Part shown: positions 50,031 to 62,439 of the stretch, in pieces
How the letters are laid out: each line of letters starts with the position of its first letter
Numbering within the stretch: the stretch's first letter is position 1
Assembly (NCBI GenBank): GCA_030704615.1
Contig: CM060731.1
Span: 2,542,001 to 2,606,000 of the forward strand
Length of the DNA: 64,000 bases
Source of the DNA: Takakia lepidozioides
Taxonomy: Eukaryota > Plantae > Bryophyta
Direction of reading: 5' to 3'
Notes under the pieces: generated by a model
Seen by the model: the letters and a program-made list of their open reading frames with translations, nothing else
Database searches by the model: none
What the model was told of the DNA's origin: nothing
Made by a program: the position numbers and the translations under genes

Positions 50031-50580
50031 CCTTGAAAAAGAGTAGCGGAGTACGCTCAATGACAGCAGCTCCCGGATGGAGGAGGAGCAGCGCGGTGGC
50101 TGGAAAAAGTTCAAGCTAACGCTGCAATTCCTCACAAACACTCCAGGGCACATTTAAATTTCCCCCCTACAGGATCCTGGACCGATGAAGATTGGTTGCT
50201 GCATGAATGTAGCCGTTTCAGTTTCCTACCCTGCCATGCAAACTATGGGCACTCACTGCCAGGTGGGCTGATAGCCACTGGACACGACGAAGTCCATCCC
50301 CTCTTCGATGTAAATGCGGCGCCGAATTTCCATCCGGGGGGATGGACTTCGGTGGCAGATCTCAAACTATAACTTGTTGATGAGAAAGATGTATGGGTTC
50401 ATCCACCGCTGGCGTGATGAACACGTTCCACCTCCGTCGGTGGGTACGTGGGACCCAGATGCTCCATTATTGGAGGCCGGATTGCTCTTCCGCATTGCAT
50501 CATTTCCAAAATCTAAGGGCTTCGTAGCTGTCCGCAAGGTCATCGGCATCCAAGTCGTCCTCAAGTCCTCCTTTGCAAGG

Positions 50581-51144
50581 ATGTCGTGCTTCCGGAACCG
50601 GGACGACTGCCCATTTGGAGGCATCGATTATGCAATGTATTCGGCCACATTGGGAGACATTGTTATCTGGTACACAGATTACAGAGAAGATACTGGTTCG
50701 ATTGTGGAAACATTGGTGGCTTTTGAGTATATCCTAGGCCACTACGCCTTCGAGCGGGGTGACGATCTTGGTCTGAGGAGTCCGTGGCTCCTGCGCATCC
50801 TCGATTCCGATTTTCCCAGCTACGACGGTCACCCATGCAGAAGAAGGCGCACTGCTATGCTGTTGCGGTGGAACTGCTACCACTGGACGTGGGTGGACTC
50901 CATCGGAGAGACCTATTCTCCTGAAGGAGTGCGCTCCTCTTCTCCATTGTATGGGGACATTTGCATTGGTGTGGACGACGAAAACGTGAAGATTTCCATA
51001 TTCGATGGTGGTATGATTGAAGGGCAGGACATTGTGGTGAACATCACTAGGGGCGGTACAACGGCTGCAATCGACTTTACCTGGAGGAGCCCCATGACTC
51101 ATGAGCTAGTTCTGAGAGCAGTCGAAGTCCCATTGACAACGTGA
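50581..51144 (+). CDS. Intronless 187-aa protein of unknown function (paralogue B)
   Basis: Shared motifs with A: C.RN..DCP, YAM, GDI..W, EY..G.Y.FERG, PW.L.I.D.D.PS, RWNC..WT, YGDI, DGG.I.G.DIVV, ELVLR..EVP. Confidence 0.75.
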   Translation: MSCFRNRDDCPFGGIDYAMYSATLGDIVIWYTDYREDTGSIVETLVAFEYILGHYAFERGDDLGLRSPWLLRILDSDFPSYDGHPCRRRRTAMLLRWNCYHWTWVDSIGETYSPEGVRSSSPLYGDICIGVDDENVKISIFDGGMIEGQDIVVNITRGGTTAAIDFTWRSPMTHELVLRAVEVPLTT

Positions 51145-52599
51145 CTTGTATTCAGTAGGCACAGGGCTAAAGATTTGATTGCACAATCAGCACAGTAGAC
51201 GTGCTTCAAATGCAATTCATGTGGATCAATAAAAACCTCATTGTGCCCTCTTTTTATTCTATTCTGTGTCCATCGTTCCGAGAATGCGTCACTGCTCATT
51301 TCGTTTGGGATTGGGAGTGTGGGTGGATTTTGCAAGTGGCTGGTAGGCTGAAATGGGCCCCCATTGTACAGAGCAGTACCACCCTACCATTCGCGAAACA
51401 TTGCCTTTCAATATATAATTCTAAATAACATTGCCGAACCTCCTTCATCGGGAGGTCCTTCTCCCCCTATGACCGTGGCACCCTAAACCCTATTCCCGCG
51501 GACACTCATTTCTGGAAAATAGTGCTGCTCATGTTTTTTTCCACACTTACGACTCTGCTCATGGCTCATGCCGCTCATGGCTCATGAAATAGCAGCCCCC
51601 AACTAGTGTGATAAGTAGGGTTGGGGAGTTTGCTGGAACAATTCTAGGCTATCATTGTCAGCTGCTAGAAGCAAGGCGAGGATGTATGCATGATTTGTGC
51701 AGAGGCATGGATAGTTGAAGGAGCAGGGATAGAGTGTGGGTCCAGATTCATCCAAGAGGGCTGAATTTCATGCTCCAGATTACCTATGATTCGCTGTGGA
51801 AGAATAGGTACAAGAAACCTACATGGATAGATGGTCAACTGGAAGCCACAGCAGCAACGACACAATTGATCAAATCAGGCACTGTTAATCAAGGCACCTT
51901 CTTCAACACATTTCACCCTGTTTTTCCCTCTTATCAGAATCGGCCCTCAATTTTCATTATGAATTCTGCAAGTTAGCTGGTTGAGTGAACCTTTGATAGT
52001 TTGGAGTGACTTTGACATGAAATTGCCAACATGACAACAGGAAAGTATCCAAAAACAGGTAACAGAGACGAGGAAAAGTTGTGGAACTTTTCTGACCCCA
52101 GTCAATGGTGGGACAATCGAGGTTTTGGGCTGATGAGCTGCAGGGATGTCTCTCCATCTCATGAAGAATCTTCGGGTGTGTGGTGACTGCCATACTGCCA
52201 CCAAGTTCGTTTCGGAGTTGTTGGCCAAATGCAGTTGTAAGGAGTATTGCACTCGATAGTTGTAAATAGAGTCCTTCATTCTAGTAGTACCAAAACTGTA
52301 GTAGTACTAAAAAACTTCTGCCCTTGTGTCGGTTTGCTTAATTTTTGCTCCGCATTAGACTTTGAGGCATCCGCGGGGATGCTTGTCCAATTTGGAATTT
52401 TGTAATATGATTTGCAGGACTTGTACAAGCCCTGTTGGCCTTCCATTCTATTTTCCCAAAAATATAATGAAGAATTTAAATCAATTAATAATCTAAATTT
52501 TGTAATTTTGTAATTTGTTTGATTAAAATTAAAAATATTATTCAAAAATATTTTAAAAATGACGTGTCAAATTCGCAGTGGCGCACGTGTCCATCCGGC

Positions 52600-52964
52600 G
52601 CCTCTCCATGTAGACATCGTTGTGCAGACATATAGTCATATGATCCCTTCACGAATGTGTGACGTGTCGTTTGCGCAGTGGTGCATGTGTTCCACTGAAG
52701 CCTCTCCATGTAGGCAACGCTCAGCAGACAATGTAGTCATATAGTTAGTCATATGTAAGTTATAGAGTTGTGACTACATCACTCTCTTCTGTATGACTCC
52801 AGGTGCCACGCACGCAGTCACGGCTATGACTTGCAAAACGCAGTCCTAAAGACTAGTCGCTATCACGCCGCTTTTTTCACTTCAGAGTCATGTAGTCATG
52901 AACGCATATAGGACTGAAAAAATAGTCATATTTGCAGTCATAAAAACACTCATCTGTTGTAGTG
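52600..52964. mobile_element. CACTA element terminus with subterminal repeats
   Basis: Ends ...CATCTGTTGTAGTG (reverse complement CACTACAACAG); many (TA)GTCAT/ATGACT repeats; abuts a truncated gag ORF. Confidence 0.8.
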
Positions 52965-55900
52965 AATAGAGTTCCCCCACGGTTCCAAGTAAAGTCCTTT
53001 CGGATCTGTCTCAAGGGAGAGGCCAAACAATTGTTTGAGTCCAATATTAAGGACAATAATGATCTTACTTGGGTAGAAGCCAGAGAATTGGCTCGCAAGC
53101 TCTTTCGTGAAGAAAAACCCATAGCTTACACCACACCAGACTTAAAATTTCATTATGGCGACAGTGTATGGAAATACTACACTGACTTGCGAACTGCAAT
53201 CTGTAAGTCAGTTCTAATTGCCTCAGAGAGACCTACTATTTTGAAACATTGTTTTGTAAAGGGCTTGCCCCCTGCTAAGAAAGTGTTTCTGCAAAAACAG
53301 ACTTACACCACTGAAGATGAGATGGTGGAATTGATTGAGGAAAGGTTACGTCTCAAAGCTGCCAAGGCAGGCCTGTCTAAAGTTACCAACACAAAACACA
53401 CTCATCTGGCTAGTGATGGTAAATGTGTAGAGCATACTGATGGGGACTTTGGGGTGAAAGGTATTGCAGAAGATTTGGTCCCTTCAATTGTGCATGAGTT
53501 GTCATCTTTTTGTAATGAAATCCAGGGAGAACTTCAAGCCTTCAAAGCCGAGGTAGGCTGAAACTCTACAGTCACTGCCAAATCTGGGCCTCAAGGTAAG
53601 ACCAATGTTGGCATTCGTCATGAAGGCAAGACTTCTGTGGTGGCATGCATGATCTGCAAATCCACTAAGCATTACAGCAGGTGGTGCCCTTACCAATCTG
53701 ACTTACCTGCTCTGATTGAACACTTGCAAAGAGACAAAAAACAGAGGGGTACTTTAAACGAACCCGGTCGTATATGAGGGTGCCAGATAACCATGGTAAG
53801 AACCCCAAAACGATGGTAAGTGTTGTTCTTTTTTGTGATTTCAAACTCATGCATTGTGAGGCCTATAAGTGCATCAGTAGGGACCGGATCCACCCACTGA
53901 TGACACAATGTCATGTGGGCCACTTTTCCTTTCCATGTGTTATTGATACTGGATGTACCATATCTGCATTCCACTTAGTACAGTTCCCATTCTTGGATTA
54001 AAAATTAGCCCTGCCCATGGCATTGAAGTTACCATAGCTGTTGGTACGGCATATGAACCCATAGGGTTGGTCACCTTGCTTATGCACATTAGTGGGAAAA
54101 TTGTCTTGCTGACCTGCATTGTCGCCATGGGTGAACAAATTTTACTGGGACTGGATTGGATGAAGGGTGCAGAGGCCAGCATTGACGTCATGAACAATCT
54201 TATGTGCTTTCACAATGGTGAGGGGCAACCTTACAAAGTAAGTCTAAGCCATGTTACTATTGCCGCTGGGACCTCTATGGCCAACTACTCGTCTCAAGCT
54301 TCAAGCTGAGCAGATGAAGGAGCAAGTGAGTTTGCATTATAATTGGGCCAGATTTAGCCAGTTCCAACCACTTGGTGATGATCTATACCAATGGCATTTC
54401 CCTCCACCAGGGAAGAAGTCTGGACCTCCCTTGCCTGTGGCAAAGAATACCATGTTGCTACGTTCTCCAGTTGACTTCATTATCCCAGCATTTTCTCAGC
54501 GCATAGTGCCTACAGGCTTAGCTTTTGCTTGCCCTATAGGTCATTTCCTTGAGGTTGAAGGCTGGAAAAAACTTACCCTCCAAAAGCACTGTCTGATTGC
54601 TTCTGGGGTTTTAGACAGGGGCTTTAAGGGAGAGGTCAAATTACTGGTTGCTAATCCAGAATGTATCAGCATCAGTGTCCGCAAGGGTCAAGTCCTTGCT
54701 AGGCTCACTGCTTCTCCTTTGTCTGAGTTGGCCTCTATTCAGGAAGGCCTCAGTCTTCATGATATTGGGCTGGTGGACTCCCCCGTTGACCAACTCTAGG
54801 CGTTTGCCTCTCACTCCGGCTCCACTGGCAATGGCATGCTTCCTCCCGAACACGAGCAACATTTCCAGCAGGTCTTAAAGTATCAAAGTGGGTGATCACC
54901 TTATTCCCCCGCAGATTAGTCGCCTGCACCTGTTTCTCCGTGACAATCTCGACATCTTTAGTAAAGGGCCCCATGACTTAGGCCGCACCACCTTTCTGGA
55001 TCATGACATCATCACGGATGGTAAGCCTATCAAACAACATGCTTATAGGGAGAGTGTTCGTGAGCGTAAAGTCATTCATGAAGAAATTACCAAGATCTTG
55101 ATGCTGGTGTGATCACCCCCTCCATATCCCCTTGGGCCAGTCCCATTGTCTTACTGGGTAAGAAGGATGGCTCAACCCGTTTTTGCGTAGACTTTCGGCG
55201 TTTAAATGCCATCACAAAGAAATATGTCTACCCTTTGCCACGCATTAACGAAACGCTAGATCAACTCAATAGGGCCACTATCCTCTTTTCATTGGATTTA
55301 GCCTCTGGCTTTTGGCAAGTTCCTTTAACTGCTGCTGCTAAGGAGAAAACTGCCTTCACCTGCAGGATGTGTCTCTTCCAATTTGAAACAATGTCTTTTG
55401 GCCTTTGCAACGCCGCTGCTACATTTTAGCGCCTTATGCAGATTGTTTTAGGAAACCTTCATTGAGAATGTGCTTTAGTTTACATTGATAACATCAACAT
55501 TCTACAACGTTTGATGCTCATCTTATGGATTTACAGCGGGTTGTGTGCAGACTTCGTGTAGCCAGGCTTAAAGTTAAAGCCAAGAAGTGTGATTTTTGTA
55601 TGGAACAGCTCTATTTCTTGGGCCATCTGCTTTCTGCTGATGGCATCAGTCCTGACCCAACTAAGATCCAGGCTGTGTGGAACTACCCAACTAGAGATAA
55701 AACATGTGTTAAGGCCTTCTTGGGCTTGGGTTCTTACTATCGTCGCGTCATTTTCCAATTTGCCAAATTACCTGCTCCACTCACTTGCTTGTTATGCAAG
55801 GATGCTTGTTTTGTGTGGGGTACTGATGAAACATCCGCCTTTGAGAAGCTCAAAATTGCACTAACATCTGCTCTTGTGCTTGTTTATCCTGATTTTACCT

Positions 55901-56031
55901 TGCCATTTATCTTGCAAACTCATGCCAGTGATTTGGCTATCTCTACAGTGTTGAGCCAGATTCAGGATGGTCAGGAGCATGCCATTGCCTATGCCTCCCG
56001 CCGCCTTGATAAACATAAGCGTAATTACTGA
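52965..56031 (+). mobile_element. Degenerate Ty3/Gypsy: gag, Zn knuckle, protease, dUTPase-like domain, RT, start of RNase H
   Basis: CMICKSTKHYSRWC (~53646); VIDTGC; ILLGLDW; SPWASP..KKDGSTRFCVDFRRLN; LDLASGFWQ; IAYASRRL. Confidence 0.88.
54440..54720 (+). pseudogene. dUTPase-like domain inside pol
   Basis: LRSP....IP.....IVPTGL....P.G....V...GVLDRGFKGEVKLLVAN......VRKGQVLARL follows the trimeric dUTPase pattern (motif 3 GVIDxDYxGE); motif 2 RSG is absent. Confidence 0.7.
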
Positions 56032-56033
56032 CG

Positions 56034-59000
56034 TGGATCAAACTCACACCAAGAACAACTTTCCAGACTTGTTTGCCATATGGTTATATGGTAACGGAGA
56101 CTTCTAGTATAGCCAAAGCTAGAAAGAAACCCAGGCATATACGAAAGATATTACAGAAGAGAGTTTTGGTTATTGCCACATTAAATGAAATGAAAGACAT
56201 GGGACATGAGTGATGAAAGAGAAGATAGACTCTAGAGATATTCAGCAAAAAGAGAAAGCTATCTGAAAGCTAATTATCTATATCTTTGGGAGAGAGGAAT
56301 AGACATAGGGGAATCATCTGGACCTCTCACACCATTAAGATCAGAGAGTACATCACCCATACCGGAAGAACTAGAGTTGGATGCCACTCCTTCTTTTTCT
56401 TTGCAAGAAAGATTAAGGGAATTGGTACGGGAAGAAGATCAATCACGAGGTGAAAGATCTGAGGTACATCCCTGGATAAAAGATTTGACAGAAATCTTTG
56501 ATAAGAGTTGGCATGGAACCCCAAAAGCAGGAACTCCAGTTTCTGAAGCGGAAGGTGAAGAAGGAGGAGAGGATGTGGCAGAGCCAACGGAGAGTTCAGA
56601 CTCTCCAACACCATTGCAGTTGAGTTACATGAGTGAAGAAGAAACCTAAGGGCAGAACTTGGAAGATGAAAACAGAGAGAAGAAATTGGAAGAGGAAGAG
56701 TATGAAGAAGTAGACCCAACAGCTAAGGTTGAGACTACAACCAGGACATCCCAACCCGTTGGACCTGGATCAAGTGGAGCACTTGGATCACAGGCCAACG
56801 AAGGTGTCGGCTCAGGGGGATCAGGCGGGCTGCCTGGATCTGGCTCTGGGGGGACAGGGAGTGTGGGAAGTAGTGCAACTGAAGCTGGGAATACTGTGAA
56901 TATTGTGGGGCCAGTAGCAGGGAGTGCTCAAGGTCCACCACTTGGTGGAAGATCCACCACAAAAACAACAGGTCCAGAAGGACCAGCACCAGCAAGGGTG
57001 TCAGCACCTGTCAGTGGGCAGAAGGTAGGGCCACAGATGACATTACAACCAACACGGACAAAACCACATTTTCCAATATATTCAGGAAAAGGGGATCCCG
57101 ATGTACACATTAGCCAATTTGAGCACATGTGTATAGTGAACAATGAGAATGGAGATGATGCCAAGATGAGATTGTTTCCTTGTTCACTTATCAAGAAAGC
57201 AAGTGAATGGTATGCAAGATTCCCTGATAATCATTTCCTCACCTGGAATGGCTTGAATACAGCATTTCGAAATAGGTTCAGGACAAGTAAAACTGAGGAT
57301 GAAGTGTATGGAAGTTTACAACAGTTAAAGCAAAAGAAGCATGAAACTATTGAGGAGTATATGGAAAAGATGGAATTGATGATGAAAAAGCTGACTGCAG
57401 TACCAGCACCAGGTTTACAGAAGACTTGGTTTGTGAGTGGACTAAGACCAGAGTTGCAAAAGAAAGTGGATATGTTACCCCATAATACAGTGGAGGAGGC
57501 ATTTGAAACTGCAAACAGGATTGAGCAATTGGGAATGCTCAGGAGAGAGAAAAGGGATGATGAGGACTCTGAGGATGAGTCAGATGAAGAAGAAGAGCAA
57601 GAACTAAAAAGGAAGAGTAAGAGAAAGGAGAAGTTGAAGAGGGATAACTATGAGAAAAGATTGGAAGAAATCTTGAAGAAGTATGCCACAGAGGCTGCAA
57701 CACATTGGAGGAAGGGTGTATGGTGTGCAAAGTGCCAGAATGAAGGCCATACCACCACAGAATGCCACATGAAGGAGAAACACTGTACTATCTGTAAAAT
57801 GGAAAACCATTCTACTGAGAATTGTTACTATAACAGAAGGACAGTTGCAAGAGAACCTAGGCAAGTAAGGGTGCATCAGGTGCAGCCCCAGCCAAGAAGA
57901 AACAATGATCAGGACCACTATGGTAGGTCTGGTGGTTATAACAATGGCATGGAAGGGAGAGGTAATTCAAGAGGGAATTACCAAGGAAATTCCAGAGGCA
58001 ACTATCAGGGTAATCCAAGGGGGAATTACCAGCCCGGGAATCAGGATTACAGAAATAATCCAAGAGCAGACCAAGGGCGAGGACCCAATGGTGAAGAACT
58101 ATGTTACTATTGTAATCAGCCAGGACATCGCAAGGCAGCCTGTTCATTCTGGATTAGACACCAGAATGAGATGAGAGCTCCTGTGAATGAGGGCCCAGTG
58201 GTGGCAGCTCACATGGTTAGGCCATGTGTTGTACCAAAAGTAAGTATGTACAATGATAGTAACAAGAAGCAAAGCCAAACTAATACCTCCAGTAGTTGAG
58301 GAAGAGGATGATAATGAAGGTGGCAGTGATATGCCTGAAGATGATGAGGCTTGAAGAGATGAGAAGGAACTGCACAAGGAAGTGGCAGATACCATAAGGG
58401 AAATGCAGAAGAGTACTGATATTCCTGTGGCAGATTCCTCTGATTCTGATGGAGAAGAAGAAGGGACTGAGGATAAAAGGAAGAAAGAAGATGCAGACAT
58501 GCAGAGTAATGAAGGGGCTTTGGCTGAAGTAATATGCCAGACCAAAGCAAAGATTACCATTGGACAGCTATTGGCTGTGGCACCTTATTGTAGACACAGG
58601 CTGTATCAAGCAATCAATCGAATTGCCCAGGAGACAGGAAACACGGACCTGAACAGCAATGTGACCAGTTATAATGTGAAGCCGAAAGGGCGAGAAACAG
58701 TCATGGACTTTGATGATTCTATGCCAGTAATCCAATTGAGAATTGGAAGCACAGAACTAACTGATGTACTAATAGATGGAGGTTCTCGAGTAAATATCAT
58801 GACAGACCAATTAAGGAAGAAGCTTGGTCTAAATAACATGAAACCAGCCCCATTTACAGTAACAATGGCAGATCAAAGAAGTGTACAGCCATTGGGATTG
58901 ATAAGAGGAGTTAAGATACAGATACAGAAGATGATCTTTCTGATCACAGTAATTGTGTTGAAGATGGATGAAGTCATGGAGGCTTACTCCTTATTATTGG

Positions 59001-60495
59001 GACGTCCGTGGCTGAAACAGGCCAGGGTATTCCATGATTGGAATTCTCAGTTACTAACCGTGCATAATGGGATACACGAGATACAAATTACCACAAAGAA
59101 ATCTAGTAGATTACCTGCTACGAGAAGACCTCGAGGGGTCAGAGAGTATGACTGGAGAGGAGGACTGGATGAGGAGCAGGAAGCTACCCTATTTGCTACA
59201 CACCCAGAGTGGGAGCAGGTTGCAGAGATGCGGCTGGAAGGCCTAAGTTGTTTAAGAAGTATATGCTGTGGTGTAGTGACGGCAACACCAATTGAAGAGG
59301 AAACCAGCAGTTACCCATCACAGTTCTATGAAGAAAAAGAAGGAGAAATGGAAATCCTAGAGGAACCAGCCACTGTGAGTTTACAGGATGAAGTGGTGAC
59401 TGGTTGGACAATCACAGCAGATGAGCAAGTGAGGGAAGTGAATGTGGGAACTAAAGAGGAACCGAGGATGGTGAAGGTAGGAGCTGATTTGGAGCCAGAA
59501 TTCTTTGAAGAAGCTAAGAGTTTGTTCATCAAATACAAAGATGTATTTGCTTGGAGCTATGAGGATCTAAAAGGGATACCACCTGAAATTTGTCAGCATA
59601 AGATTGAACTGGAACCAAGGTCAGTACCAATCAAGCAGGCAAGGTACAGAATGAATCCCAACTACGCACAGAAGGTTGGAGAAGAGATCAAGAAGTTGGC
59701 TGAGGCTAAGTTTATATACCCAATAGAGTATACAACTTGGTTGTCACCCATTGTAATAGTTCCCAAGAAGAATGGTAAACTAAGAGTTTGTGTGAACTAC
59801 AAGAAGCTGAATGCTTGTACGAAGAAAGATCCTTTCCCTTTGCCATTCACAGAAGCAGTATTGGACACTGTGGCAGGCCATGAGATGTACTCATTCATGG
59901 ATGGCTTCAGTGGTTATAATCAAGTGCAAGTGGCAGAAGAAGACCAAGGAAAGACAGCTTTCATCACAGGCTGGGGTGCTTATGCATACAAAGTCATGCC
60001 CTTTGGACTTTGTAATGCACCAGCAACCTTTCAGAGAGTGATAAGTGAATCTTTTCATGAGTATCTGGATGATTTCATGCAGGTGTTCTTGGATGATTTC
60101 AGTGTGTACAGCTCTAAGAATGAGCACTTGCATAAATTGGAGTTATGTCTAGCCAGATGCAGGATGAGAGGTCTGGGCCTGAATCCAGAGAAGTGTACTT
60201 TCTGTGTGAACTCAGGGGTGCTTCAGGGACACATTGTGTGTAAGAGGGGACTTCTTGTGGATCCCAGGAAAACATAGGCCATCAAAGCTTCTCCACCACC
60301 AGTGAATGTTAAAAGTCTAAGGAGATTCCTTGGACAAACCAGCTATTACAGAAGATTTGCCAGACGGTATGCACAGATAGCAGCACCATTGAGCAAACTT
60401 CTGAAGAAAGATGGAGTGTTTGCATGGACACCTGAATGTCAACAGGCTTTTGAGGAACTTACATTGTCAGTAACAACTACACCTGTGCTGATTAA
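56034..60495 (+). mobile_element. gag-pol: Second gag-PR-RT copy of the Athila/Tat-like family, truncated at both ends
   Basis: Colinear and highly similar to 36693-41160. Confidence 0.95.
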
Positions 60496-61050
60496 TGACA
60501 TCATGCCAGAAAGGAATGGCCATAAAGCCTCAACAAGATCCTCAACAAAAGAATCTCGTCCCTCCTTGACGATTGGCGTTAGAGTACCATCAAAGGATCT
60601 CGGGTAAGGGTTGAAGACATGGAGAAAGAAATGGGCAACCTCAAGGATACCTTCAAGTCACATTACCAGTGCATAGGAGGGAAGCGGAGGTTCACGGATG
60701 CCAAAACACAGTTGAAAATTGTGAGAAAGGGCTTAGAACTTATCCCGAAGTGTTCCCAAAGACCAACAATGTCTTTAATGTAGAACGGTTGTGTTGAGGC
60801 AATGTAGGCAGGAAGCTTGGTGCAAGTATTCCGACACCAGATAAAGCAAAATTTCCTGACCATATCCTTCGGGAGAAGATATGCCAGAAGAGCCTCAACC
60901 ATATGCTGAACTCCACAGGACCAGATACCCACATGGTAATGGTTGAACGCAAGTTCAAGAAATTCCAAAAGACCTGTACGAGGAACGACATTGTCCCAAT
61001 CGTAGGGAATTTTGGCTTTAGCATGGCCATGCCCACAAATTGATCCACAA
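60496..61050 (-). pseudogene. FCP1/NIF-type HAD phosphatase-like fragment
   Basis: VVPRTGLLEFL....YHVGIWS...FIWCRNTCT...PFYIKDIVGLW resembles the RPG..EFL / VGIWS / KDL..LW pattern; catalytic DxD not seen. Confidence 0.55.
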
Positions 61051-61237
61051 GATCTTAGATAACATCGCCATTTTTTTTACCTAAAGTCTTGTGTATCACA
61101 TTGTAGGAATGTCCATGCACTCAGAATGAATTTGGCTAATCATCTGGGTAGTGTGCCTTACCGGACATCTATCGACTCAAATAAGGATAGTGAAAGGGAG
61201 GACGGGAGGTCTCCCGTCAAAGGAAAGGACAGGAGAT

Positions 61238-62390
61238 TGTTAGAGGGCTGTCTGGGACTTAGACAGTTTTACGGGTTCTGTGGGGTACCCTTACTTTTGC
61301 GCAGACTTAAGGGTAGTAGACTTAGACAGACACAAGCCTTAGGGGTGGCAGACAGGCTCACATAGTCAACAGTCACAGGCTTATACAGCCTGACACATAC
61401 TGTCACAGTCAGACACAGCCTAACATAGCCTGACATAGCTTTACATAGCCTGATACAGCCAGTCACAACCCGACACAGCCAGTCACAGTCTGACATGTCC
61501 AGTCACAGCCCGTCACAGTGTTCACAGGCAACTGTCATCACGGGAAGGAACGACTGTGTGGGAACGACATCTGCAGAGGGAACGTGCATTCTGTCTTGGA
61601 TGACAGTTAGTTAGTTAGGCGGTTGGAACAGCTTGCAGGTAGAATAGGCAGAGTAGCTACATGGAGGGGATCACTTATTGGGGTTACGACGAGCATCAGG
61701 GGGAGAAGCACGATTTGGGGCACAGCGATGGAGAGCATGGTGAAGGAGGGGAGTCGATCTGTTGATGCTTGATACATGCAAGCTGTAGAGATGTATTGTA
61801 GAGCAGAATAGAGACACCAGGGCTTCAGCCTGATACATGATAGATGTTAATCTGATTCCTATTTCATAGTCACACTGTGTAGAGAGACCTGAATGAAGCT
61901 GTGGAATGAATGCTTAAGTAGATGGAACATGGTAGATTGCAGAAGCAATCTGATACTTAAACCTAGGCAGTAAGGTAACTTACTAAACATGAATGCAAGA
62001 AGGAACCGATATAGGGAAACACCCCCATGATACACTAGCTGTAGGTCATGACTAATTGTTCTGAGCGGGAGGAGTACTTAGAGATATCCAACTCTTCTAT
62101 CTTGGAGTATCCACCTCGGATAGCGAAGGGATGGGTGAGTAAAAGCCGCTCAACATTTGACGACCATACTGGGGAACTGAGTCAAGAACAACCAGATGTG
62201 ACAGGCATCTGGTAGGATCATGGTGGATGGAGAATCAAGGAATTTGATGTGATCAAATTCCCTGTGAAACTGAGAAAGAAAGATTGTCCAAACAATTCTT
62301 TCAGAGGTTCTTGGAACCGCCAGACGGTTGCAACGAAAATATTCTCAAGAGAGTGCATGATGCTGATCTAGAGTGGGGTTTGGAAAAATG
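61238..62390 (+). mobile_element. 5' LTR (61238-62155), mutated PBS and start of the upstream ORF of the same Gypsy family
   Basis: Homologous to 35380-36510. Confidence 0.9.
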
Positions 62391-62439
62391 AGTGATAAAC
62401 CACTCCGCCGTGCCTCAGCCCCAGCCACCCCCCGCACAC

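Larger units (their letters stand above)
41701..51600 (-). mobile_element. Second Mutator-like element of the same TIR family (reverse orientation, other end missing) carrying cargo genes
   Basis: 51580-51600 GCTCATGAAATAGCAGCCCCC is the exact reverse complement of 10927-10947; subterminal CATGAG repeats and AATAGGGTT are also shared; related palindrome arrays inside. Confidence 0.78.

Noticed and set aside
10927-51600. One 40-kb element bounded by the perfect TIR pair 10927/51600
   Set aside because: The TSD CCTGAAAA pairs 10927 with 17665; the flank after 51600 is AACTAGTG.
51601-52560. Short ORFs right of the TIR
   Set aside because: No recognisable motif or supporting homology in the window.
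35380-62155. LTRs at 35380 and 61238 as the two ends of one element
   Set aside because: Both are followed by a PBS and the upstream ORF (both are 5' LTRs), are clearly diverged, and no TSD matches.
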